From the NCBI GenBank assembly GCA_964247055.1, contig OZ176053.1:1612001-1676000 (forward strand): 64,000 bases of DNA, given 5' to 3'. Every line of letters begins with the position of its first letter. Within the stretch, counting starts at the first letter, position 1. Below are positions 1 through 12,400 of this stretch, one piece after another. The translations under genes were made by a program, and so were the position numbers. The notes under the pieces are model-generated. The model had not been told where the DNA came from, made no database searches, and saw only the letters and a list, made by a program, of their open reading frames with translations. The stretch is from Paragordius varius. Its lineage: Eukaryota; Animalia; Nematomorpha.

Positions 1-329
1 GGGGTTAATGTTATATACATTTAGCCTGTAGCAAAGAAAAACGCAAATCCGTTTATTTTAACACATATATTGGCAACTGATGGCAGCCTAGCTTATAGAG
101 TCAAACCTTTTTAGTGCGGACTTATTTTGTGATTTGACCCTTATATTACCTCTTTTTGTGCGATTTAAACCTTTTTAACTTTTTTTGTGCGGATATTTTT
201 TTTGTTATAAATTAAAATAAAACCGATTTTTTTAATATTTTTTTGCCCAATATAACTATATTTAAAAATATTAAGAACACTTATTAAAAAACCACCGAAA
301 AACTTTTTTGTGCGAAATTTTCATGGATT

Positions 330-1400
330 CCATATGTTCCTATAAGTTATTAGAAAAATTGCTTCAAAACTAAAAAATTGTTCTATGGGGGCGCTTTAGG
401 GCGCAAAACCTTACTTAGCGACTCATTAAAATAACGTACTAAAATATTTGTTTTTTTAAGGGGAATAAATATTTTAGAGCCTTATTGAACTCACATTGTC
501 TCATAGGTTTGCTGAAACTTGGCTTCAAAGGCATGCTGTATCGATATGCTGACGCAGTTTTTCGCCGGTAGCCCGCTATAGGGGCGAAACAAAAAAACGC
601 TCGATTAAAAATTTTCCCTTAATTCGGGTAATACCTGGATTCATATTTAATTTCTCGTGGAATTTTCGATAATTGCCTCAAAACCAAAAAGTCATTCTAT
701 GGTGGCGCCTTTTTCAGGGTAAGGGCCTAAATAAGGGGTAATTAATCAAACCGCTCCAATTTGTCTTTTTACGGGTAATATTTTAAGCCCTTATTGATTT
801 CATATGGCCTTTTCTAAAATTTGTCTCTAAGTCATGCTGTATCGATATGGTGGCGCAGTTGTAGGCGGGTAGCCCAGTTCCCAGAGGCCAAAAGAAATCG
901 ATAAAAAAATTTGCCTTTATAGGGGAAAACCTAGAATAATCATTCAAACATGTTCGTAATAGTCTTTGGAAGAATAGCTTAAAAAATAATAGGTCAATAG
1001 CGCATTTTTTAGGACGTAAAGGGCCTAATTAACGGCTAATTTTCAAAACGTACGGCAATTTTTGCCTTGTTACGGGAAATATTTTAAGCATCTTTTGAAC
1101 TCATATGGCCTGTTTTCTGAAATTTTGCCCCAAAGCCACGCTATTTCGATATGATGGGTCAGTTTTTAGCGGGAATCTCCATACCCAGCAGCCAATATAA
1201 AAAACGCACGACCAAAATTTTTGCCTTCGAATAGGGAATATCTGGAATCCTCATTAAATTTTTACGGTCTCATACCCTGGGCGAAAAATATATTCAAAAA
1301 ATTATTTTTGTGAACAGTTTTTTTGAAAAAAATGGCATTTTACGGGAGGGGTAAAAAGGGGGCCTAAATTAAAAAAGCGAGCTGATGTTCGGCGCAATCG
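330..1400. repeat. Diverged tandem repeat, ~300-bp unit, 3-4 copies
   Basis: The motif TCGATATG recurs at 541, 842 and 1146 (spacing 301 and 304). GGGCCTAA recurs at 723, 1021 and ~1360. The order of motifs (…TTTTAAG…TTGAACTCATATGGCC…GCTGTATCGATATG…GCAGTT…) is the same in each unit. Confidence 0.8.
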
Positions 1401-1908
1401 AAAATAAATTAAAAAAAATATTTAAAATCGAATGTTCCAACACAATTTTTGTGGATTCGAGTTTCACAACCGTTTTTACACGAGGTGGGCCCGAACTGGG
1501 GGCCTAATTCAAAAAAAGGGCGAAGCTATTCGGGGCATTCATTAATGATTATATTTTTTCGTTTGTATTTAAATGGGTCTTCCATTCCGGAAACAGATCA
1601 CAGAGCAGGCATTTTCCATTTTTATAAATAGATAATATATTTAGGTGATGATTTATTTTCTAAAGAAAAGCTAGCGACAAAAAAGCGTGAACACCCCTTG
1701 TATAATGGAAAAAATAATATTTGCATCAGAGTTATTAGTTAGTTCAGGAAATATTTAAAAACTTGTGTTTCCACAATGACATCACGACAAAATATACTAA
1801 TATGTTTTAATATTTTTCAAAAAAGTAAAATAATCAATTTTGTGACATTATTTATAAATACACCCATTGTGTGCCGATTACTCTATATATTTGAAAATCA
1901 ACAATCAA

Positions 1909-1911
<3 letters not shown>

Positions 1912-1955
<44 letters not shown>

Positions 1956-1965
1956 TATATATATA
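1912..1965. repeat. (TA)n microsatellite
   Basis: Direct reading of the sequence. It explains the YIYI run in ORF 1776-1979. Confidence 0.95.
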
Positions 1966-2051
1966 CAATTTTACAATAAATGATTTATTGATTGTGTTGT
2001 GTTACATTGATATTACTTCACTCCAAAGCCATTCAATTAATTAATAATTGA

Positions 2052-5000
2052 ATGAATCGAAGAGCGTCACAACCAACCCCATCAAGCAGTGAGAATACAA
2101 ACCGAGAAGGGAGCGGTGGTCGAATATCTGGACCACGTCGGACTTCGTATGTCCTTACGTGTGATGAGGAATTACACAAGGGCACAAATTCTCCCACGAT
2201 AAAAATCACTAGTTTTAAGCAATTTGAAGCACCAGCTATTGATGAATCCGATCCTTCGGACTTGGAAATTTTGCAAGCTGCTCTTGGGCGGGTAGAAACT
2301 GCCCTTGTTGATTCCTCACCGTTAAATAATGAGGGGAGAAAACGTAAAAATTGGACTGCGACTTCATCTTCAGACCAATCACCATGTTCCTCGAAACAAA
2401 CGACAACTGACTATTCAGGCTCGTCCGACGATAACACAACAGAGGCCATGGATTATCAAGATTCCAGCAACATGGGTCGGGCCGATCCAATACAAAAAAG
2501 TGTGGAACAAAAAAGTAAGGTGGTATATCCTTCCGTGTTGGATTTGTTAATCATAAAGCTTGAATCAGACAACAATAATAATAAGGATGTTAAAGTAAAT
2601 TTTTTTGGCTTTTTTTTCGAGATTGTAGACTTTTAATGACAGCTTTTAATTTATACTTCATGAAATAAACATTTTATTTTGAAATCATATAACTAATTGA
2701 GATAGTAATTATTGATGAATGATAAAAATATTTTTTGAATAACCCAAAATTTTTGTTTAAATGTGTATTTTCGTTTCCTCAAAAAAATATTTTTTTGGTT
2801 TTATCTTATTAGAATGAAGCCATCGTTGAAAAAGATGAGAGAAAAGAAATGGTTTCGAAGTTAACTTCCAAATTGAAAAAACAATTAGATGCGGTCACAG
2901 AAAATTATGATAAAGCAGAAATTAATTACAAAAATATAAAAGGAGAATGGGACAAGGTATATAGAACTTTGTTTAATTAGTTGACTTTTTTAAATTTATT
3001 TTATAATTTACCAAATTAAACCCTTTATTAAAAGTTCCACCCACAGTTTATATTTATGTTTCATTAGGCCGACATGGAAGAAAGTGAGCTCAAAAATAAA
3101 ATAATTAGCTTAAAAGAAGAGATCTACAAAACTATATGTGGTCCGGAATCGCAAATATATAAAAAATACTTTAAGGTATTTAAAAATATGATTCTATCTA
3201 AAAAAATATTTTTCTCCCTAAATATACCATTTGAAGTTTAAATTTACCCTTGGATAATTCAAATTTACCCTAGAATAATTAAATTCCCCTCTTAACAATT
3301 TAAATTCACCCTAAAATAAATTAAGTTTTATTAGGTTAAAAATACCTTATATTCTTTGATATTTTTAAGAAATGAAATTTTGTTTTAACACTTGGATACA
3401 ACACACTCATTTTAGTCCTTCGATTCAAATTGGGGTAGTTGGATACCCCAGGCCTGTTTAAAATCAAATACTTTAAAAAGTAGGGAAGGAATCGAAACCA
3501 TGGCAAAATCACTTATTTAACATAAATAGACCTAAATTTAAAAAAAAAATTATTCAAAAATATTTGATATTAAATATTTTAAGCTAAAACCTAAAGGTAA
3601 AAATTTCGCAACGTGACATGTGTCAAATGGTAAAATTAAAAAATAATACAAAATAAACCGCTTTTTCTATTTCTCTCAATGTTAGATGTAATTTATATTA
3701 AAATTTAGCTTTAGTTTTACCCTTAAAATTAAATGAAGACGATATTTTGCAAAAAAATTTTAAAATAAAAATGGCGTCGAAGTAGTTTGAGATGGAGCTT
3801 TTTTTTCAAAACAAAATTTTATCAAGATATTTTGGCATATTTATATAATTTTTATCAGGATAGAAGCAAAATTTAAATTGGCGTTTTCTTCAGTAGTTTT
3901 TTAAAAATCTTAACTTAAATTTAGTCTGGGGTATTTAGATACCCCAATTTGAATTGAAGTGTATACTAATAATAAACTATGCCATTAAGATATATTTCAT
4001 ATTAATGATGAGTTATATTAGCCCGAAAACACACAATTCATTTTTAGGGTGAATTGAATTTAAGGAATTATTCGAAGGTAAATTTGAATTCTTCAAGGGT
4101 AAATTTGAATTGTTCGAGGGTGAATTCTAAAATAAATGGTATAAATATGACGCTCAAATAATAATAGAATGATAAAACGAAAAAAAGAGGGGATTTTGCC
4201 ACTACCATACTGTCTGCATTGCACACATTTGTGGAAGGTATATTTTGACCCTTGTTATCCATACTATATAGAAAGCTATTTTAAAAATTGCAACAAAAAT
4301 ATTATAAAAGGTAAGGTAAATGGGAATATTCCAGAATCTTTATTTTCTGTTCTAATGAGATGAGATGATATCAAGCGATCAAACTATATTTGCAAATAAG
4401 ATAAATTATAAAACCCAAAATTAAATAAATAAAATAATTTATAATAAAAATCGTATATAATTTATCTTAATATATATGTATAATTTAAAAATCTATACAC
4501 AAATTATCTTTTAGCTATAAAAACGGCAAACAATGCCACCACAACAATGTCTGAGGAAAACCATGAGTTTCTAAGACTGTACAAAGCTCTTTGCAGTGAT
4601 CTTCACTTATTAAAGCGGTATTATTGTTAAATTTAAGAGTTTAACATACATTTTTTGTTTATAATTTGAATATTTTTTACTTAAAAATATTAATTTAATA
4701 TAATAAGCGTATATTTAACCTTTATAAATAGTTTAATATAGTTAAATTCTTTCGTTTTATTTAAACTATTTGAATAATTATTATTCAATAAAATAAATGC
4801 AAATTATATTTGGAAAAAAATAAAGCGATTTCATATAAAAAACGGCCAATAATTTTTGATCAAAAATAGTTTGCGACTTTTTAAGCGGAGACAAAAAATG
4901 TTTTTTTAACAATTTTTTTAGATTCATTATTTAAATTATTACTGGAGGTGAAAGTTACAATATCTGGGTTACGGGTCGATATCATATATATCCAACTTTA

Positions 5001-6493
5001 TTGATTTAAGATTTACATGAGTAAACATTGTCATTTCTTTAAATTTGTCGTTAGGGGAGTTTTAAAAATATTTAAGCGTTTTCTACACTTTAATTTAATG
5101 CATATGGTTCGTGATTTTAATGTTGAGTTAATCCCAAATTTTAAACGCGTAATGTTGGAAATGATTTAAAATGCCAAAACAAAAAAACTGTAATTAACTT
5201 TAATATTGGCAAAATATCCGCTGCCTTCGTTTATTATGAATAAAATTAAAAAAATACTTAATTATCCCGTTTAAGCTAAATATGCATTAGTATTAATTTT
5301 GCAGTCCCTTTTACATTTCTTCACAGTTGCTGATACAGGCAAGTTATATATAACATTTTTGTCCATTTATCATATCCTAAACAATTTCTTATATTAATAA
5401 TAAAGTTTATGAAAAAATTGGGTTTAGATACCAATCTTTTTTTTGCATTAAAACAATATTTTTTTCAGTAAAATTGAAATAATAAACGAACATTCAAATT
5501 TATTTATTTTTGGATAATTTGATTAAATTATTTCGATTCAAATTGGGGTATCTAAATACCCCAGACTAAATTTAACTTAGGATTTTTTAAAAACTACTGA
5601 ACGAAACGGTCTTAAATTTAAAATTATAGAAATATACCAAAATATCCAAATATAGTTTTGGTTTGAAAAAAAAGTTCCATGTCAAAACTACCTCGACGCC
5701 ATTTTTCTTTTACAAAATTTTTGCAAAATATAGTTTCCATTTACTTTTAAGGGTAAAATTTAAGCTAATTTTTTATTTAAAGTACATCTAACACTTATAG
5801 AAATGGTAAAAGCGGTTTATTTTGTAATATTTTTTATTTTTACCATTGCACACATGTCAAGTTACTTAAATTTATACCTTTCGGTTTTAGCTTAAAATAA
5901 GTATGAAATTATCGGTTTATTAATGTTATATAAGTGCCAAATTTTGCCATGGTTTCAATTCCTTCCATATTTTTAAAGAATTTAATTTTAAACAGGCTAG
6001 GGGTATCCAACTACCCGAATTCGAATCGAAGAAATAAAATGAATGTGTAGTATCCAAGTGTTAAATACGTGCTTTTTGTAAAAATATTAATAACGCGCTT
6101 TAATTTTCTAATTTAGCACACTCATGTTAATGGTATTTTGAAAATATTTTTAGCTATACCACCCCCTAAAAATAAATTATGTGATTTAGGGCTAACATTA
6201 ATAAGAAATATATCTCATAGTTTATTAATTTTTTTAGTATTATTTTAATTTTAAACAAATTTTTTCTTAAAAAAACATAATTTATTTTAGGGTTAATTTG
6301 AATTGTTTGAGAATCAAGTTGAAATATTAGAGGGTGAAATTAAAATGTAAATGGTATATTTTACTGCATTAGCTATGAAAAAAAAATTGAACAAGACATT
6401 CTCGAACTGGAAAAGAGCAATAAAATATTAGATGAAGAAAATGAATCTCTTTTCAACATGAATGAAAAAACACGACATCAACAAAGTTATTAG
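2052..6493 (+). CDS. Uncharacterised protein: Ser/Thr/Asp-rich disordered N-terminus, coiled-coil C-terminus
   Basis: Exons 2052-2594, 2813-2956, 3068-3175, 4168-4237, 4515-4617 and 6373-6493. All junctions are GT-AG with compatible phases (0,0,0,1,2). Heptad-like stretches include KLTSKLKKQLDAVTENYDKAE and YEKKIEQDILELEKSNKILDEENESL. The 3' end is uncertain (TAG at 6491-6493, or a further splice). Confidence 0.75.
3225..4141. mobile_element. MITE family A copy (TACCATTT termini, 21-bp modules) with nested family B
   Basis: TA-TACCATTT at the left end and AAATGGTA-TA at the right. Subterminal AATTCAAATT(C/T)ACCCT-type units on both sides. Interrupted by family B at 3389-3961. Confidence 0.85.
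3389..3961 (+). mobile_element. MITE family B copy 1
   Basis: TA-CACTT…AAGTG-TA ends. Inverted CTTC(G/A)ATTCAAATTGGGGTA motif with a GGGGTA-N6-TACCCC hairpin near each end. Homologous to 5530-6060 in the opposite orientation. Confidence 0.85.
5530..6060 (-). mobile_element. MITE family B copy 2 (inverted relative to copy 1)
   Basis: Reverse complement of 3389-3961 over ~530 bp, e.g. GGGGTATCTAAATACCCCAGACTAAATTT and TATCCAAGTG. Partial copies lie at ~7300-7460 and ~46960-47150. Confidence 0.85.
6157..6356. mobile_element. MITE family A copy (internally deleted)
   Basis: TATACC at the left end and AAATGGTATA at the right. Contains the shared CTAAAAATAAATTATGTG core. Confidence 0.7.
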
Positions 6494-6494
6494 G

Positions 6495-6900
6495 GGTGTT
6501 AGAAATGATTTAATAAATTATTTAACGTTTGACATATATTATAGAGTTATTAAACAATGCTATCAAAATTTAAAAAATTGTTAAACCTAAGTTTTTTCAA
6601 AACAGAAAAAATATTTTTTAATCTGCGATAATCACCAGTCAATAATTGCACACCAAAAATATATGATGAAATATATATTTTTTGATAATTGAGCTAAAAA
6701 ATATGCTTTCTTTAACCTTTTAAGCTCAGGCTTCACAAACAATTAGAAAAAATGATAAATTGTAAAAATATCCCCATCTCAAACTTTCAAGCGGTTTTTT
6801 TCTTTAATTTTTTTAATCGCTCATACACAAACAACTGTATATTAAAGTAAATATAAATAATTAACTTAAGAAGACTATAAATAACATTTTAGCAATTTGT
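6495..6900. mobile_element. Dispersed repeat family K, similar to 45420-45960
   Basis: Shared motifs AAAAATAT(C/T)…CATCTCAAACTTT…GC(G/C)G…TTTTTT and CAGAAAA…AAATATTTTTT(A/T)ATCT. Boundaries are approximate. Confidence 0.45.
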
Positions 6901-8384
6901 TATTTATGGATATAAATATCAGCTGTTATTTTTAATCGTGTTTGGAAGATACCTGAATTTATGTAAAGGATATGAGCCTTAAAATAACAGTAATTGGCAT
7001 TTATTTATTGAATATTATCAATTTCAAGTTATGATTTTATCCCAATAAAAATTTAATTAAACTAAAATATATAAATGTATTTAGTTTTGAAAATAAAGCT
7101 TTATATCAAACTATTTCAACGCCATTCTTGAATATCTTTTTTATTCTAACGCTAATTGTTATTTATGTATTGGAAGACATATATAGATATAAACAGAAAA
7201 GTGGTTTATTTTGCATTATTTTTATATTTAGCTAAAATGCATACATGTTGGTTAAATTTTCTTCAAATTAATCCTAAAAATAAGTAATATCAAGTTTTTT
7301 TTGAATTCTTTTATTCAAATTTCGGTTTATTAATGTTAGATAAGTGGAAACATTTGCCATAGTTTCAGTTTGCTACATATTTTTAATAATTTTAAGAGGA
7401 TTGGGGTATGCAATGACCCCAATAATCGAAGGACTGAAATGGATGTTTTTTATCCAAGTATACAGGAGAACAGGGTTTGATATTTTAACCAAAACAACTT
7501 TTATATCAGTATTTTATTTACATGTTTAAACTACAGGGTATTAAACTACACCAAATAAAAGAATAAAAAGGCAATGTAGTGTTAAAGACTACATTTTAAA
7601 ACAGAAGAATGCTTTTCATAAATATTTTTTGGATATCTTGATCTAAATATTAAAGTTATCCCAAATCGGCATTTTATTTCAAAAAACGCCCAAATTTATT
7701 TATCATAATTTTGCGAGTTTTTTATATGGACCAATTCAGCATATCAGAAAAGAGTTTCACAACACTTTATGAACTTTTCACTTTTTGTTTGCATGACAAA
7801 TTGTGGTAGTTTTTTATCTAAAGATCAATTTTGTAAATAAACAACTGATTTGAGATTTTAGTTAAAATGCAATTACACATTCCTAGGTATAAGTTAAAAA
7901 GACGTATATTTTTTTACACTTTTGTTTCAAGAATCAAATTAGGACAGGTCCAAACATGATTGAAATGACTGATATTAGAATCAAAATATATGATGTTATT
8001 GCTGGTAAAATGTAGCCAAAGTTAATTAAATACATTTTCATAATATATTTTTTTTGCCTGTGCATATACGATTTAATAAAATTTAAAGAAAAAATGGCTG
8101 CGAAAGAGTATGAGACAAGGATTTATTACAATTTTATATTTTTTTAAAAAAAATTTTATGGTGTAAAGGCTAAAGAAAGCATATATTTTCGGTTAGTACC
8201 TTCATTTTAAATTCAAATGTCAAATCGCTCTGTGACTAAAAAGGGTCATTTTGCATTATGTAATATTAGCTATCGCATTATACAAAAATATTTTTAAAAA
8301 ATATTCAACAAGCCACGCTAATTTTATCATTGTGCACATATATTTAATAGTACTGCTTCCAAAATCAGGCGTTATAAAATAATA

Positions 8385-9366
8385 ACCTGATAAAATGCAT
8401 GTATATCCTAAGGCTTTTAATTTTGGCCCTTAGGAGTATTGGAAAGTTATTTACAATTTTGTGCTAAGTAATCCATATCAGACCATGGCAAAATTAGCAC
8501 ACTTTTTTTATATTTTTACTGTAGAGGCTTCATTCCAAAAAAATCTCTAAAATATATCATAAACAAAATGATGTGGGCTCCGAAAGTACCAATTTCTAGA
8601 CTCTAAAAGAAACCCAAAAATGCCAGGATTGCGCGATAATATTTTTAATATATGTAAAATTTTGATATTATTAAAAAATTAATAAAAAATGCATACCTTT
8701 TTTAATAATTTAATTTTTAGCAATATATCAATGATGTTGAAAATTTCTATCGCTTCAGAATTTTAATTCAAATGTTCATTTTTTAAACTTCGGTGTACAA
8801 ATTTATATTCGACATAAATTTGAAGACAAACGAATATTTTAATCAAAATTATGAGGTGATATATATGTTTAGCATCATCAAATTATATAATAAGTGTTAT
8901 TATAATATGTAAAAGCACATTTATATCGTTTTTGTCATTATAGTTTGAATAAACAAAAATTTGCTGAAAATTTTATGTTTAAAAAATATGCGTTTTTATA
9001 TATATTTTTAGTTGATATCAAAATTTAGCTTATATTGAAATTTTTTCGCGCAATTCCGGCATTTATGCATTTATTTTACGAGGACTAGCCCAATTAGAAG
9101 AGCAAAAAATTTTAGGACCTTCGAAGCCCCCCAAAAAATTAAAATATTTTGAAAAAATTGTTTTGCTTTTTATATGTTGTTTATAATATATTTTTAAGAT
9201 TTTTAAAATGAAGCCTCTAGTTTTCACAAAAAAAACATTTAAAAATAAATGCGCAAATTTTCCATTTTTTGATAAGGAGGAATTACCAAAGTGCTAAATA
9301 TCTTTCTAAAATCCGTCCTAAGGGCCAAAGCCTGAAGCACCCTTGTAATTCTGATTTTTATCAGAA
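8385..9366. mobile_element. ~1-kb foldback/MITE family G copy 1
   Basis: Long inverted arms (CTGATAAAA…GGCCCTTAGGA…GAAAG(T/A)TATTTA versus its reverse complement at 9280-9366). The central segment ATGTTTAGCATCATC(A/G)AATTATAT is shared with ~26700-26790. Confidence 0.75.
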
Positions 9367-9840
9367 AAAATATATATATATATATAATTTTATCCAGTTT
9401 TTTGGAGTCATTTAAAATAGTTGTTTTATATTAAAAATAACAAATTAATAAAAAATAAATGATTTATTATGAAGATCACAAAATTTCCCAAAAATTTAAA
9501 AGACAAATGGTCAGTTCCCTTGCGAAATGCTATCGTTTATTTAAACATTATTTTATTAAGACTTTAATACTAAAGAGTTTTGTACTTTCCAACCTTCAAA
9601 TAATTAAATGCTTAAAAGTTTATTTGGTTCAAATTTAATTATATAACATTATTAGATGAAAAAATTTATTTACAACTAATAGAGCTTGAAATTAGGCACG
9701 TTTATATGAGAGCTGATTATATCAATAATTAACAAAAATTCAAAAAAAATTAATAAGCAATGTTGATTTAGAATTTTTACCTGTATTTGCGATTCGACAT
9801 ATGACATTTGTTATTTATCATTTGTTACATCGGAAGTAGC

Positions 9841-10419
9841 ATGGTCGGCTTATATAAGAAATTCGTTGAAATAGGCCGTGTTGCCTTTATTACACATGGT
9901 AAATACAAGGGAAAGCTTTGTGTCATTGTAGATGTTATTGATCAAAATAGAGTAAAAATTTATTTTATTTTTAGGTCTTAATTGATGGTCCTTGCTCAGA
10001 AGTTCCACGAGGCCTTGTTAACGTAAAACGAATTCAATTGACACCATTTAAAGTAAAGATTGGTCCTTCTGCCAGATCAAAAGTTGTTTCAGAAGCATGG
10101 CACAAGCATGAAATTACGCGAAAATGGCAGGAAACTAAATGGTTTAAAGAAAAAGAGGCTGCTATAAAAGTAAATAAATTTTTAAAAACAATATTTAACA
10201 TTATTAAATTTATGTTTAATTTATAGAGGTCTGAATTAAATGACTTTGAGCGATTTAAGCTTAAAGAAGCAAAGCGATTGGTATCCATTTTATATAATTT
10301 TTTAGCGTAATATGATTATTCGTCACGAAATGCACAAGATCAATCGGGAGGGCTTAGTGAAGAAAGGTGGAAAGAAGCCTAAAACAACGACTAAAAAAGC
10401 TGTATCGGCTAAAAAATAA
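9841..10419 (+). CDS. RPL14: 60S ribosomal protein L14
   Basis: Exons 9841-9951, 9975-10169, 10227-10280 and 10306-10419 translate to [50 protein letters not shown]…LNDFERFK…, matching eL14 hallmark motifs ([28 protein letters not shown]). Introns are 23, 57 and 25 nt, all GT-AG. Confidence 0.97.
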
Positions 10420-10618
10420 TTTAAATAATAAATTTATTTTAGTTTACCTTTAATATATTTTAGTATTGATTTTTAAATTTTTTGATATGATTTCCCATAG
10501 TTAATTTAGTAGTTCAGCAGTTTATTAAGGTTACTTTTGCCACAGTAAAGTATCGGAGCAAAAAAATGTCCTATAGCCAATCATTTTAGAAATATTTTTT
10601 CTTATTATTTACCTGAAA

Positions 10619-12400
10619 CAGTGATACTCAAACCGCGGGCCGCATGCGGCCCTAAGAGTGCTATAAAATTGCCCTATAACCATATTGATACTTAAATTAT
10701 TTTTTTTGATGAATTTTTAAGATACACATACGTGAATTTTCGCGAATTTTAATATTAATTTATTTTCTTTAAATTTAATTTTGGTTTTTTACCCAATTAA
10801 TGTAAAAAAATTTCTTAACATTAAAATGCCTTTAAAATTTTGGCACAGGTTGTTTCTGTGTATTCTATTTTCTTTTATTTTGAAATTTTTATTGCATTCC
10901 TTTTTTGTAAAGCAAGTCTTTCACCCAAACTTGTATATACATATTCTTTTCATTGCTATCTTACATCATATTCTATAATTCATTTCCAAATATTTTTCAA
11001 TTCAAAATCATAAAATTTCGACTGGTTTTTTTATAGCATATTCAAATTATATTCCTATTTTTTATAAAAAAAATACATAATATTTAAACTTAAATTAAAA
11101 GGACATCTAATGCTAGAAAACGATTATATCCAATGAAAATCTCTCCTTTAAAAAAGAAGAGGAAAAAAAATATTTTTGTTTTAAAAAAAATGTTGTTACC
11201 TGCCTTATATCTAAGGACTACATTATAAAAATTACAATATGGAAAGACATCTCAATGTGCGCTCTTTGTGAGTTTTTCCAACGACAACATAATCAACGAC
11301 TATTTAAAATTTTTACCAATGAATATTACCACGAAAGGAAGTGTTTCGTCGAAATAATTAGCACTTTTTTCGATAATAATGGCATATCTATGAAAAAATT
11401 GGTTTCTTGCACGGATGGTTGTCCCTTTATGATTGGAATAAACAAAAAATTTTTCTTTTGGAAAACAAATATAATTTGCAAAATATTTTATCCTTTTACT
11501 GCTTTATTCATCAGCAACTTGGTTCGCGTGTAAAAGATAAAGCACTCAATTCAATAATTAAATCGGTTATGGATATTAACCACATCCGTGGCAAAGAATT
11601 CAACCGCCGTAATTTAAAAACCTTTTGAGAGATATCCAAGTGAATTTGATGATATTCTTTTGTACACCGCTGTGAGATAGCTAAGCATTACCTTACCAAA
11701 GTATTAAATAGATTTTATTGTTTTAAGGCATGAAATTCTATTATTTATAAAAATAACAGAAAGTTTGACGGATTTAAAATTTTTATCTAATGATATGAAA
11801 TTCAGAAGAATTAAGAAATATTAAAAATTGCTTAAAACTCGTTGAAAATCCATGGCATATGGATATATCCAATATTAAGCAACTTGCATTTCGGTTTTGA
11901 CAGGGGCTTTCATTGATAAATCTAAATCTTAAAAATGATGTTAGTTGGGAGGCTATATTCAAGGAGAATTGTAGGGAGAACGATATGTATTTTGGCAAGA
12001 TGTGCCAAATAAGAAAATATGAAGAATGTGCTCATGTTATCTTAACTTTCAATATACTCGTGTAAGGCGGCATATTCGAAAATGAAGTATATTAAGAATA
12101 CATACAGAAATCGCTTAACCGATGATCATTTGGACGACGTATTAAGACTGACATGAGGCGAAACTAAATTTGTCACATTATTGGTTAATATTAAAATAAA
12201 GGTTAACAAAATAGTATTTTTTAAATGGTAAACGGGTTCTTAGCTGGATTTTCATGCTAAATTCATCGTGCTGATTTAGATTATTAAGATGTGCATATGT
12301 CTCAAATAGCTATGAAATATTTGCCATTATAAGGTTCATGGCCCTCGAAAAAATAATATATTTTATTTGGCCCGTCAAATATTTTTGGTGAGTACCATTG
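10619..12400 (+). mobile_element. Decayed hAT (SPIN/Charlie, GTF2IRD2-like) transposon
   Basis: Imperfect TIR CAGTGATACTCA / TGAGTACCATTG. Perfect 8-bp TSD ACCTGAAA at 10611-10618 and 12401-12408. Subterminal GGGCCGCATGCGGCCC. Transposase remnants KLVSCTDGCPFMIG, CFIHQQ, HIRGKEFNRR and DILLYTAVR*LS carry stops and frameshifts. Confidence 0.92.

Noticed and set aside
10038-10288. ORF-track calls 10038-10226 (+) and 10034-10288 (-) as separate genes
   Set aside because: The first is RPL14 exon 2 read into the intron; the second is its antisense shadow.
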